DNA of 63,638 nt, the filler included, from Folioceros fuciformis (taxonomy: Eukaryota), in the NCBI GenBank assembly GCA_049999805.1. It is 9 parts of 9 records of this genome, joined end to end, with 100 filler letters (N's around TTAATTAATTAA, not from the genome) between each part and the next. Parts side by side here need not be neighbours in the genome. Positions count along the whole stretch, not along the records: positions 44,239 to 56,274 come from JBNGIO010004047.1; positions 56,375 to 61,996 come from JBNGIO010004051.1; positions 62,097 to 63,638 come from JBNGIO010004219.1; 6 more parts are not named here. One strand, written 5' to 3'. This document shows, one piece after another, positions 52,434-63,638 of this stretch (position 1 is the first letter of the stretch; each line of letters opens with the position of its first letter). Made by a program: the position numbers and the translations under genes. The notes beneath the pieces are model-generated. The model was not told where the DNA came from. It searched no databases and saw only the letters and a program-made list of their open reading frames with translations.

Positions 52434-54154
52434 GGGCATGTACAGCTCGAGGCACGGAGACGTACAGTTCAGATGACATGGTATCAATCAAGAATTGAAT
52501 TCAACGGTGTGTCAAGACACTACTGATGGCAGAAACAGGCATTGAGTACAAACAGTGAAACACCTGGTGGAGGAAGACCCTGATTTTCTGCACCTATTCA
52601 TAAAACAGATGTTTGTTACAAGTCTCTAAAGCTAAGTGCTTGTGCAACGCAGAGCAATGAGGCCGACTTGCTTACAGTGTCTGATCAAGTACCGATTGGC
52701 AGCTCTCTCCACAGCCGTGCTTGGCCCTGAAAGGTTCCATGTCAGACCAACCTGCAGTTTGCATCGGCACCCTGATGACTGAGCTATGCATAGTCCGGGA
52801 TGGCATGAGATAAATATGGAATGTAATGGAACATTACTCAACATCAATCTAAGGCATGAATGGACATCTGCAGCACACTCAGTCTGGGTGACTTTCACTT
52901 CTAGAGCTCAAGGTGGTGTGGAGCCTTGATTCTGCAACAACGTCAAGACGAAGTTGCAGGACAACGACGGACACAAATGAAAGTATGCCAACTTGGATGC
53001 AGAAAACTTGGCTGCCATAAACTCCTGGACCTGTCCATGCGTGTGCGGACAGAGTCTTAGTACGTGAAGCTCAGCGGCTGAGGCTTCGTCCTGAGATGCA
53101 AGAATGAGAGCTTGACTAAGAAGGTAGCATGAGCACACTCTTTGTCTGATTTTGCGGGGTGACAGTAAATCTTGTTGGGAAGCACGCCTTACTTTGTCCA
53201 ATATAAAGCAAAATATTGCAAGCCTTGCCTCTAGGCAGCAATAACTCACTATTAAAGTGAAAGATAACGCTGATCGAAAAATCGGAAATGGGGCCGAAGG
53301 ACTCTACTCTAGCCCGGTCGGCCACAGCATCTGCCAGGGACTGCTCCTCGGGGACAAGGTGCCAGCACTCACAGTGGCGGATGTTTGAACACGGCCAGGC
53401 AGAAGTTTGACGTCCCACATCCTCAAGCGCTGTGAGCCACGCTCGGCCCGGTGGCAGGCACCGTTTGCGTCGTGTGATCAGGGACGTTGACGTCTGACAC
53501 ACACGATCCGAGGCACTCCTGGACCACTACAGGTCTACGAGCAGTTGCCCATGCGCACGTTTTGCAAATGCGGGCGCAGCCTTTCCTGGAGCCAGATGGA
53601 ACGTTCTGGAGGCATTGCGTGGCGAGGATCACCGACGTTGCCGCCCCAAGTGACTGTGTTCCATGTACCTGGAATAAACCAAGAGGGAAATTAGAGGGAT
53701 GAAATCGTGAAGGAAAGCAGATTCCAGCGCTGCACTGCTGTGCTAGCGCTGGTGCGTACACCAGTTCGTCCGGTACCGGTTCCAAGTCCGGTCAATCCGG
53801 TGCGAAGGTGCTGCGGTCGTGCAGTCTCGGTTCTCGTGACTCTCTCGGAGCTTCGCTGGCTCGCGATGGCGGCGAGACACAGCGTTGCTGTGTGCAGAAA
53901 ATGTCAAACTTTCCTTCCAGGCACCACCAAATCGCGTTTATAAGCGTGTTCAGGGTGCCGTCATTTGAGAGACAAACTGGGGAATGCAGGTAAGCTGGTG
54001 TGAAGCACATTTGCTCGACTTCCCAACCAGCAGCTTTCTAAGACTCGCGCAGCTCTCCCGGGCCCGGCCTGATTGTTTGTGAAATCTGCGTCCGTGTGAG
54101 TACTGCGTGTGAGAAACGAGTGACAAACACAATCCTCGGCTACGCCAAGATTCA

Positions 54155-55270
54155 ATGGCCAGTCTGAGAGCACTACTGGTTCTTGCTCTGGCAGTACATG
54201 CCGTCTGCTACGGCATCCTGGCTGCCGCAGCCAACAGGGACGCGGGATTGCGGACGGGATTCTACAGCAGGAGCTGCCCGAAGGCGGAGTCCATAGTGCA
54301 CGATGTGGTGAAGAGCGCCGTCGGCGAGAACCCTGGACTGGCGGGCGGCTTGCTCCGCCTCATCTTCCATGATTGCTTCGTTCGGGTACGTTCAGACCGT
54401 GAGACGTAGACGTAAGGGTTGGGACCAGGACGGCCTTCGATTCTGACGCATTGTGATTCGGCGGTGCAGGGATGTGACGCCTCGGTGCTCATCGATTCCA
54501 CAGCCACCAACACAGCAGAGAAAGACGGACTGCCGAACGCCGGCAGCCTGCGAGGCTTCGACGTCGTGGACAACGCGAAGAAATTAGTCGAAGCCGCATG
54601 CCCCGGCACCGTCTCCTGCGCGGACATCATCGCCTTCGCGGCCCGGGACAGCGTCGCTCTCGTAAGGCCCTGGAATGCTTGTGCTCGTGGATGAGACGAC
54701 GCAGATGCTGACTCCGGAACCGATCGAGCGTGAATGGCTGATCCGTGCGTGTAACTGCAGAGCGGAGGACCGTGGTACAGCGTTGAGGGTGGGAGAAGGG
54801 ATGGGAAAGTGTCGCTGGCCGCAGAAACCAGTGTGCTGCCGGGCTCAGGACTGAACGCGCAACAGCTCATCGACAATTTCGCCAGCAAGGGGCTGAGCAA
54901 GGACGACATGGTGACGCTCTCAGGAGCCCACACCATCGGCGAGGCCCGCTGCAGCGTCGTTCGGACGTCTGGACTCGAGGTGCGGCAGGCCGAATGTGGA
55001 GACGGCATCGCTCGTATCTTCATGGACGAGGATTCGGGCGAGCAGTTCGACAATGACTATTACAAGAACCTGGTCGCCAGCAAGGGCCTCTTCCCCTCGG
55101 ACCAGACTCTGTACGATGATCCCGACACTCGCGACGCCGTGGTCTCCTACAGCAGGGATTCCAACTCCTTTAACGCCAATTTCGCAGAAGCCATGCGCAA
55201 GCTGGCGGCCATTGACGTCCTCACTGGAAATACCGGAGAAGTCCGGCTCAACTGTCATCGCATCAACTAG
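54155..55270 (+). CDS. Secreted class III peroxidase, 310 aa; exons 54155-54385, 54470-54661, 54761-55270
   Basis: Signal peptide, [52 protein letters not shown] and GEVRLNC; all 8 conserved Cys present. Confidence 0.95.
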
Positions 55271-56274
55271 GCAGCCAGTTTGTGTGATGACGCCGGTTGC
55301 AGTCTCTGCAACACCTGACTAGACCAGCCCCAACTTTGGTTATGTCTTTCTTTCAACTTGCCAAAAATCTGTACCCCTTCACACGATATGTATATACAGT
55401 ATGAGACGAAGAAGCGTTGTCTTCTCGACTTATCGTTTTGTGCTTCGACACGCGCGCGCCCGCGTGCGTGCTGCAGAGGCAGGCATGGATTCCAACATTC
55501 TTGACTGTTTGTTGTGTATTTGCTTCAGCAGTTGTGAGTTGTGAGTGTGGTGCGGTGTGGTGGAGGAGGAAATAGCTTTTCAGCAAAGGACTGGTTTGTA
55601 ATGGCTGGAAAGCCATGGCCAGAGACAGCAAGCGGCCATCTTACAACCTTTGTAGCTATTATCGACACAGACAGGCGCACACATACATACTTGCCTTGAT
55701 GAAGCTCCATGCATGCGACACCGATAAAGAAGATTCAGCTACGAGAACAGGCAGCAGATTGGACGCTTCAGGTACATCAGGAAGAAGGAATCGCAGAGCT
55801 CGCGAACAGCAACAGAATTCCGTCGCCTGCCAAAGTCGCCACCTTTACGAGGGAGGGCGGAACCCTAAGAGGGATGAGCGGCTCTCGATCCTCTGGTGTG
55901 CGTTCAGCCAACGCCAGAGCTCAGGGCGTGTGCACCGAAGGCAAGCTTCTGGAAGGCTCGCGGCGTGAGCGAGCCCTAATATGATCCACAATTCCCGCCC
56001 TAGCGCCAAGATTACACGCGTAGCTGCAAAAGATAAGCTCCCGGCTTGGTTGCATGGAGCAGGATGGATAGTGAAGAAGAGGAGGAGGGTTGTCTGCAAA
56101 TGGTGAGATATTTGAGGCCGGCGGCGGCTAGTGACACCAGACAGAAAAAATAAAAATAAAAATGGGAGGATGTTTTAAAATTTTTGCAGCGAAAATGGAA
56201 GGAAAGTAGGGCACCCATAGTGGGTACATGACGGCAAATATGGGTGCGGAGCCGCCCCAGCCCTCTCCCCCGCC

Positions 56275-56374
56275 NNNNNNNNNNNNNNNNNNNNNNNNNN
56301 NNNNNNNNNNNNNNNNNNTTAATTAATTAANNNNNNNNNNNNNNNNNNNNNNNNNNNNNNNNNNNNNNNNNNNN
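56275..56374. other. Artificial scaffold linker
   Basis: N44-TTAATTAATTAA-N44. Confidence 0.97.
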
Positions 56375-56580
56375 GCACGAAGAGCTCAGAACGCAGCCAC
56401 AACCCATCACGTGATCTTTCCAGAACTATTTCAAAACCCCTGCTAAACTGCCATCCTCCTTTCCAGCCCGCCAGCAACTTTCGCAATCCCTGCCAAACTG
56501 TAAAACCTCCGCTTTCTAGCAGCCATACATAAACAAGCAGCAAATGAAGGCAATCTCCAAATGGGACGGTGCGGACTCAC

Positions 56581-56631
56581 CACCGGTCGGTAGATGCGAT
56601 CTAAGCGGGTTAACTTGACATCGACAGCCAT
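56581..56631 (-). CDS. VPS26C: VPS26C/DSCR3 first coding exon (3' partial)
   Basis: MAVDVKLTRLDRIYRPV followed by a GTGAGT donor; matches the VPS26C N-terminal pattern VKLxRxxRIYR. Confidence 0.7.
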
Positions 56632-57302
56632 GGCTCGGGGCAACGAATCCCTGGAGAAAAGCTGGCAGCCGGGCAAAAGCCAGGCAGCCAACCACCCATC
56701 TGATCAGAGACTCAATTATGGTTAGCTGTAAGAAGAGCAAGTGAATTTTATTACCGCGAGTCAAAGGTTGAAGCAAAGACACGGAGAGAGAAGTTGGCAG
56801 GGGCTGGATGACAAGCCTTACGAGATGTGAATTGCTCCAAAAATCTTGCATTTTCCCTGAACTGGGTCCCTCGGATCCCCTCCGATTCCACACATTCTCA
56901 GTTTGATCCAAGGCTCGCGATACGCTTCCCTCTATCACTTGCGTCCTTCCTGTGGCTCTGCTTAATTGCTTGGTCCCGGGTATTGTTGCGTGTGGGTGAG
57001 GATGTTTGTAAGATGTGACCAAGATCCAGCCAAGTTGCTTGCCCGAGAACGGTTCCGTGCAAGACCGTACTTGGGGAAGTAGCTCGTCAAGCTTTGAAGT
57101 TGGGGATGTTTATGCAGTATAGCTTGTCATGGATGTACCTTTCATGAATTCTGTTGATCTTAGTCTCAAGCTAGGGTACTTTCGGAGGTTTGTGCGATGA
57201 GGATGAATTTCCAAGGAGTGTTCGACTCTCATGAGTCACTCCCAGGAAGTACATAGCTTTGTCTCGTGAAGGTGTCCAAGGAAGCAGTTTTGCTTTCGCG
57301 AC

Positions 57303-59417
57303 ATGGGAGTTTTTAGTCATGGGCTGTGGTCGGGTAGCCTGCCTGTGCGGAGCGCAGGAAACCAGGGAGATGCTCGAGCAAAAGTTAGAACATGTCTCAA
57401 GGCTGGAACGCTCTGTAGTGGAAGGTGTGTGCGTGGCGAACCCTTGTCTTGCAGCGTTACCTTTTCATGGCTCGAACTGGGGTAAATACCTCCTTGTTGT
57501 TGTAGTTGTTGCTGCATGATTGTGGAGATGGAGAAAGCAGAGAAGTTGTACGGATTCTGAAGAGCTGACAGTGATAAGGACTTGGCAGGATTTCGAAGGT
57601 TCATGACAGAAAAGCCGTTTCTTCTCCTGGTTTGTGTGTCTCCGAACGCAGTATCGAGAGGGCAAAACAATGGCGTCTTCCCGTCTTGGGATCAGCTCAG
57701 ACAGAGCTTCGTCACGAAGTAAATAGTGTAGCAAAAGCTTCGGAGACAATGCAAGTATTACAAAATGGAGGAGTAATTTACAAGGAGCATACGATAACAC
57801 GGGGGTCACTGCTGAACAGGCTGAAAGAAGATGCTTGTGTGGCTTTCTCTGGGTTGCAGGTTGCTGCTGTTGCCTCAGCTACTGTCCTGCTATTGCAACA
57901 GGGCCCTGCTTTTGCTGCAAATGGCCCTGTGCTGACGAGATATGCGCCTGTTGGGTTGGAGAGAACTCTGGTGGAGGCTTGGAATCTGGTTCGGGAAACA
58001 TATGTTGATCCCACTTTCAACCAACAGGATTGGGATACTAAACTGCAGGAGACACTCTCTCAGCTCACAGCCGCAAGTGAGGTGGAGGAAACCACGTCTC
58101 TGACGTCAACAGATTCTCAAGTTCTGCAGGTGAAGTCGGAGGACGATGACCAATCTGCAGGTGGAAAGCCATCCTTGAAAGAAATATCCAATGTTGATGA
58201 GGATGCAGGATACAAGAAGATCAGTGGCATGCTATCTAGCCTTGGAGATCCCTTCACTCGCATTGTGAATCCCAAAGAGTATCAAAACTTTCGGGTTAAA
58301 AACGATGGCACATTGCAGGGAGTGGGCTTAATGATTGCCATGCAGCAGGACTCTGGTAGGGTGCTCGTTCTGTACACAATAGAAGGGAGCCCAGCCGCCC
58401 GTGCTGGTATCCTCCCTGGTGATGAGCTGGTGCAGATAAATGACGAAGAGTTGACTGGGGTGAAAACCGATGAGGCTGCCATGAAACTCAGAGGAAAGGC
58501 TGGAACCACTGTGACTTTGAAATTTTCTCGGAAAAGCACTGAAGATGTTGCAGGTATGATCAGTCCTGCGTGTTTAACTTCTGTTGTAGTTTGACGTTCC
58601 CCTTTCTGATTGCCTGAGTTTTGGTTGTCCAGGTAGCGGAGAAGTGACCTCCCTGGTGACATTGCAACGTGAGCAGATCCACATAACTCCTGTGACTACT
58701 GTGGTGCTGAGTTATGCACCCGAGGGCCAGGAAATCAAGAAGGTGGGTTACATTCGCCTCAGCTCCTTCTCTCAAACTGCAGCTACTGACATGGAAGCAG
58801 CAATTCGCTCACTGGAGAAGAGAGAAGGCGTGGAAGGCTTTATATTAGATCTGCGGGACAACCCTGGGGGCCTAGTCAAAGCTGGGCTGGATGTTGCCGA
58901 AATGTGGCTGGAAGGAGATGATGTGCTTGTGAACACTATCGATCGGGAAGGCACTATCAGGCCTATCAGCATGGTACACAACCATGCCTTGACCAAAGAT
59001 CCCATGGTTGTGCTCGTGAATGAGAACAGTGCTAGTGCAAGCGAGATCCTGGCTGCTGCTCTACATGACAATGGACGGGCTGTGCTAGTAGGAACCAAAA
59101 CATACGGGAAGGGTAAAATTCAGAGTGTTACGCAGCTCTCCGATGGTTCAGCTTTGTTTGTCACAGTTGCCAAGTATGTGTCCCCTGCCCTCCATCCTAT
59201 AGACCAGGTTGGGATTGTTCCTGACGTCATGTGCACTCCAGAGAAGCTCCAGACCGAGCCTCCGCCGGATTCCCAGGAGTTAAAGGCTCAGGTGCTGAAG
59301 AGAATCATGATGATGAATAGCAAGGACAAGTTGCCCGGCTTGCTCGAGACTGATTCATGTGTCCTGTTAGCAGAACACCAACTAGGTGAGCAGCTTGCGA
59401 TTCTGAAGAATTCGTAG
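57303..59417 (+). CDS. CTPA1: Chloroplast C-terminal processing peptidase CTPA1 (S41A); exons ~57303-57481, 57652-58553, 58633-59417
   Basis: RTLVEAWNLVRETYVDPTFNQQDWD, LGDPFTRI, PDZ GVGL..GSPAARAG, GYIRLSSFSQ, LDLRDNPGG, catalytic SASASE and TYGKGKIQ. First exon inferred from splice phase. Confidence 0.93.
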
Positions 59418-59727
59418 GATTTTCCTCTAACCGTGCCTTAGATACGAATACAGATTTTACCATTCTTTGCCATCTGGGATTCGTTTACCGTAATGGGGAA
59501 TGCACCTGGTGGCCAGTATTCTTTTATGTGATGCTCGTTCTCACTAAGTCTTCTATGCCCTACGCCATTGTCGTGGTTTGGAGATGTGACAGGTTTCATA
59601 GATGTCGCCCTTATTTACTCTTTACAATGCTTTCCATTGATCGTTCTTGTAAAATAGTCACATGAATAGATTGTACATTGTTGTAACAATAAAGGGCTCA
59701 GGTATCGCTATGGTAGTTTAGGACACT

Positions 59728-60050
59728 ATTACCTGGTTTGTATCATGGATCTCTGGCACTTGTTGAGGAGTCTATTACCTGATTTGTATCATGGATCTCT
59801 GGCACTTGTTGAGGAGTCTATTACCTGATTTGTATCATGGATCTCTGGCACTTGTTGAGGACACTATCACCTGGTTTGTATTATGGATCTCTGGCACTTG
59901 TTGAGGACTCTAGTACCTGATTTGTATATGTATCCCTGGCACTTCTTGAGGATTCTCTTACCTGATTTGTATTATGGATCTCTGGTACTTCTTGAGGATT
60001 CCTTTACCTGATTTGTATTATGGATCTTTGGCACTTGTTGAGGACACTAA
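59728..60050. repeat. 46-bp tandem repeat x~7
   Basis: ATTACCTGATTTGTATCATGGATCTCTGGCACTTGTTGAGGAGTCT. Confidence 0.9.
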
Positions 60051-60088
60051 TTACGTGCAGAGAGACTGCGGAGGACACTAGGCCTATA

Positions 60089-60432
60089 CCATGGATCTCT
60101 ACCATGTGTACTATGTGTCTGCCATGGATCTCTACCATGTGTACTATGTGTCGGCCATGGATCTCTACCATGTGTACTATGTGTCGGCCATGGATCTCTA
60201 CCATGTGTACTCTGTGTCGGCCATGGATCTCTACCATGTGTACTATGTGTCGGCCATGGNNNNNNNNNNNNNNNNNNNNNNNNNNNNNNNNNNNNNNNNN
60301 NNNNNNNNNNNNNNNNNNNNNNNNNNNNNNNNNNNNNNNNNNNNNNNNNNNNNNNNNNNTGTGTCGGCCATGGATCTCTACCATGTGTACTATGTGTCGG
60401 CCATGGATCTCTACCATGTGCACTATGGATCT
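60089..60432. repeat. 33-bp tandem repeat spanning a 100-N gap
   Basis: CCATGGATCTCTACCATGTGTACTATGTGTCGG. Confidence 0.9.
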
Positions 60433-61724
60433 TCGCGATGCACCTGCACTATGGATCTTTGTCCTGGAGTGATATTGAAGGAGGTGAGATAGGTGATGGA
60501 AGGGAGATGGTAATGTGAGTGATGGAAGACAGTTGCTGCTATGGCTCGTGATGGCTGTTGAGGTAGATTAGTCATTGTGGTTGTTATTGAAAATGATCTC
60601 ATTGCTGATTTTATTAATGCCTAGCAATTGCCAATTTAGTAGTGGATCTTATTGCCCTAGAGGATTAGTGGATGCTCATGTTCAGTTCCACACATGCTCA
60701 TGGAACAAGCATTAAAGTGGAATAAAATATAAATAATAAACAAAATTAGACATGGAATAAGATTAAATATCCTCAATATCTTAAATAAATAGAAAAAAAA
60801 TTAAGTCCTTTAACATAATAAATAATTAAAAATATGAGTGTGTTTAGTGTGAATGTGAGAAACAAGGTAATATAATAGGGGAGTAATAAGACATCATTGA
60901 TTCTTCTCTCCACATAAATAAGCCTCAAAAGATATGGTGCACTAAGATAAGAAAAATAAGAAAACTTTATTAAAATTAAAATATTGGAAATAGATGTTCG
61001 CACTAAACATAAGAATTTCTCCCTTAGAATGCCTATACAAGATTGAAGATATGACTTAAGCTCAGAGAGGGAAAAAAATGGTTATATCCAATTGGCCAAG
61101 TCAAGTTTATTTATGTCTAATAGACAAATGGAAGGACCATCATCAACAAAGATTCTATAGGATAAAAGGATGCATAAAGTGTGAACATAGGGATGTTCAA
61201 ACTATGAGTAATTTGAAATGAAAGAAGTGCAATGCAAGAAAAGAAGGTAGAGAACTTATGGGCATTCTAACCCAAACTATCCATTATCGAGAAGAACATA
61301 GGGCAATGAGCTTTTAGGACATGGAGCTTTTAGAGGCATAATTAGAGCAAAACAAGAGAAAGTAAGATTTGGATTCAATATAAGGAACACAACTTGGGAC
61401 TGGCTATTCATTGGGGATAAGAGAAGTAAGGCACAAGTCTACCATCGTCCATAACTAAGAGGTGGAGAGGTACTAGATCACTAACCAATAAGTGTCTCAC
61501 CATCTAGTTTGAATTGATGAAAAGTATAAAACCATCATAGTAGGTACTAACCTCCACATGGAATTGAAATTACAAAGGGAGATTGATTGAAAGTCTAAAT
61601 GTGATTATTTTCATTATTAAAAAAGAGATGGAAAAGTCCCATCTACTCCATAGAATAGATTGGAGGAACAACCCGAACACAACCAAAAGGGTACTAAGCC
61701 CTTTCAAACATCATTCTCAAAACC

Positions 61725-61996
61725 TACCTACTCCCAAAATGTCATGACTACTACTCCCAAAATGTCATGATGTGGAATAACAAACTACTACTCCCAAAAT
61801 GTTATGACTACTACTCCCCAAAATGTCATGACTACTACTCCCAAAATGTCATGATTGGAATAACAAACTACTACTCCCAAAATGTTTACGACTACTACTC
61901 CCAAAATGTGGGATAACAAACTACTACTCCCAAAATGTCATGATGTAGAATAACAAACTACTACTCCCAAAATGTCATGATGTGGAATAACAAACT
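61725..61996. repeat. Minisatellite with core ACTACTACTCCCAAAATGTCATG
   Basis: About 8 copies with variable GATGTGGAATAACAA linkers. Confidence 0.88.
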
Positions 61997-62096
61997 NNNN
62001 NNNNNNNNNNNNNNNNNNNNNNNNNNNNNNNNNNNNNNNNTTAATTAATTAANNNNNNNNNNNNNNNNNNNNNNNNNNNNNNNNNNNNNNNNNNNN
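61997..62096. other. Artificial scaffold linker
   Basis: N44-TTAATTAATTAA-N44. Confidence 0.97.
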
Positions 62097-63638
62097 CTAT
62101 CTATCTTCTCTAATATATTCTAGCTATATATACTTACTTCTAGTTTAATCTTCTTATTTCTTCTTTATTAATTTTAACGTACTTTCTACTTAAGCTTAGT
62201 TAAGATAGATATCTATATCTAATTTTATAAAAAATAGATACTAGATTTAATCTCTAGTATTTATATAGTAATAAATTTATTTTCTTTAACTACTATCTAA
62301 AGTTTAATTCTCTTTTAAGCTACTTAAAATTAAAGAAAGGTTACTTTCTTAATTATATTCTATAGGTTAGTATTATAACTCTATAACTCTAGTATAAGGC
62401 TAATAGCCTTTATACTTATATACTATAAGAGTATAGTATAGATAGTTACGTAATATACTTAGTAGAGTACGTAAGTAATAAAATACTAAGTAGAATAGCT
62501 CTTATAGAGTATATAACACTAAGTACTTAGTAATTAGTAGTACTTAGTACTACTAAGTATACTAAGTAAACTAAGTAGAATATATAAGAAATATATATAT
62601 AGATCTTATAATTTAATATTATTAGAATAGTATAATTAACTTAGTTATCTAACTTAGGTACTATACTTAAAACTACTTAGTTATCTTAACTTAGTCTATT
62701 AAACTTACTCTATCTACGAAACTTAACCTAAGTACTACTATACTTAATACCTATATTTATCGTATATCTCGAGTACTTCGTATACTCTTAGATATAGCCT
62801 ATAATAGTTAGTATTCTACTTCTATATATTACTAATAAGTAAGTCTTTAATAATAGAATAGANNNNNNNNNNCTATCTATCTTCTCTAATATATTCTAGC
62901 TATATATACTTACTTCTAGTTTAATCTTCTTATTTCTTCTTTATTAATTTTAACGTACTTTCTACTTAAGCTTAGTTAAGATAGATATCTATATCTAATT
63001 TTATAAAAAATAGATACTAGATTTAATCTCTAGTATTTATATAGTAATAAATTTATTTTCTTTAACTACTATCTAAAGTTTAATTCTCTTTTAAGCTACT
63101 TAAAATTAAAGAAAGGTTACTTTCTTAATTATATTCTATAGGTTAGTATTATAACTCTATAACTCTAGTATAAGGCTAATAGCCTTTATACTTATATACT
63201 ATAAGAGTATAGTATAGATAGTTACGTAATATACTTAGTAGAGTACGTAAGTAATAAAATACTAAGTAGAATAGCTCTTATAGAGTATATAACACTAAGT
63301 ACTTAGTAATTAGTAGTACTTAGTACTACTAAGTATACTAAGTAAACTAAGTAGAATATATAAGAAATATATATATAGATCTTATAATTTAATATTATTA
63401 GAATAGTATAATTAACTTAGTTATCTAACTTAGGTACTATACTTAAAACTACTTAGTTATCTTAACTTAGTCTATTAAACTTACTCTATCTACGAAACTT
63501 AACCTAAGTACTACTATACTTAATACCTATATTTATCGTATATCTCGAGTACTTCGTATACTCTTAGATATAGCCTATAATAGTTAGTATTCTACTTCTA
63601 TATATTACTAATAAGTAAGTCTTTAATAATAGAATAGA
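62097..63638. other. Extremely AT-rich, RIP-signature scaffold (probable ascomycete DNA); one 766-bp sequence duplicated across 10 N
   Basis: 62097-62862 reads the same as 62873-63638. TpA is very abundant, while CpA and TpG are nearly absent. Confidence 0.8.

Noticed and set aside
50970-53500. Exon-like pieces on the minus strand between the peroxidase copies
   Set aside because: Could not be joined into a recognisable protein.
60004-60492. Repetitive ORFs (MVEIHGRHIVH, PWISTMCTMC)
   Set aside because: Translations of the 33-bp tandem repeat.
62863-62872. Exact duplications flanking 10-N gaps (also near 15238, 23540, 25207, 49586)
   Set aside because: The pattern is typical of assembler scaffolding artefacts, so not evidence of biological duplication.

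Overview
Eukaryotic land-plant genomic DNA. The compact genes and ~80-150 bp GT-AG introns suggest a non-seed plant, plausibly a hornwort/bryophyte (inference only). The window is not contiguous: nine scaffolds are joined by an artificial 100-nt spacer (N44-TTAATTAATTAA-N44), so gene neighbourhoods hold only within a segment. Recognisable genes are an OR23-like F-box/kelch (partial), chloroplast cyclophilin CYP37, a guanosine-deaminase-like gene, an F-box/DUF3506-like gene, JMJ20/JMJD4 (partial), a class IV HD-ZIP, SAR1, a Q-rich possibly BRM-like N-terminus, a class III peroxidase with pseudogene fragments, VPS26C (partial) and CTPA1. Between them lie decayed Copia and LINE elements, a Sola-like transposase, two IS3EU-like integrase relics, a MITE and many minisatellites. 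Most notable observations: a long HD-ZIP IV 3'UTR fold-back closed by the two conserved seed-plant motifs, plus two L1 boxes at the 5' end of that gene; a GSDA-like deaminase with the third zinc ligand changed (PCPMC to PCPMS); a peroxidase with a strongly shortened class-III-specific insertion; a minisatellite born from transposase coding sequence; and a final scaffold with an extreme fungal RIP signature.
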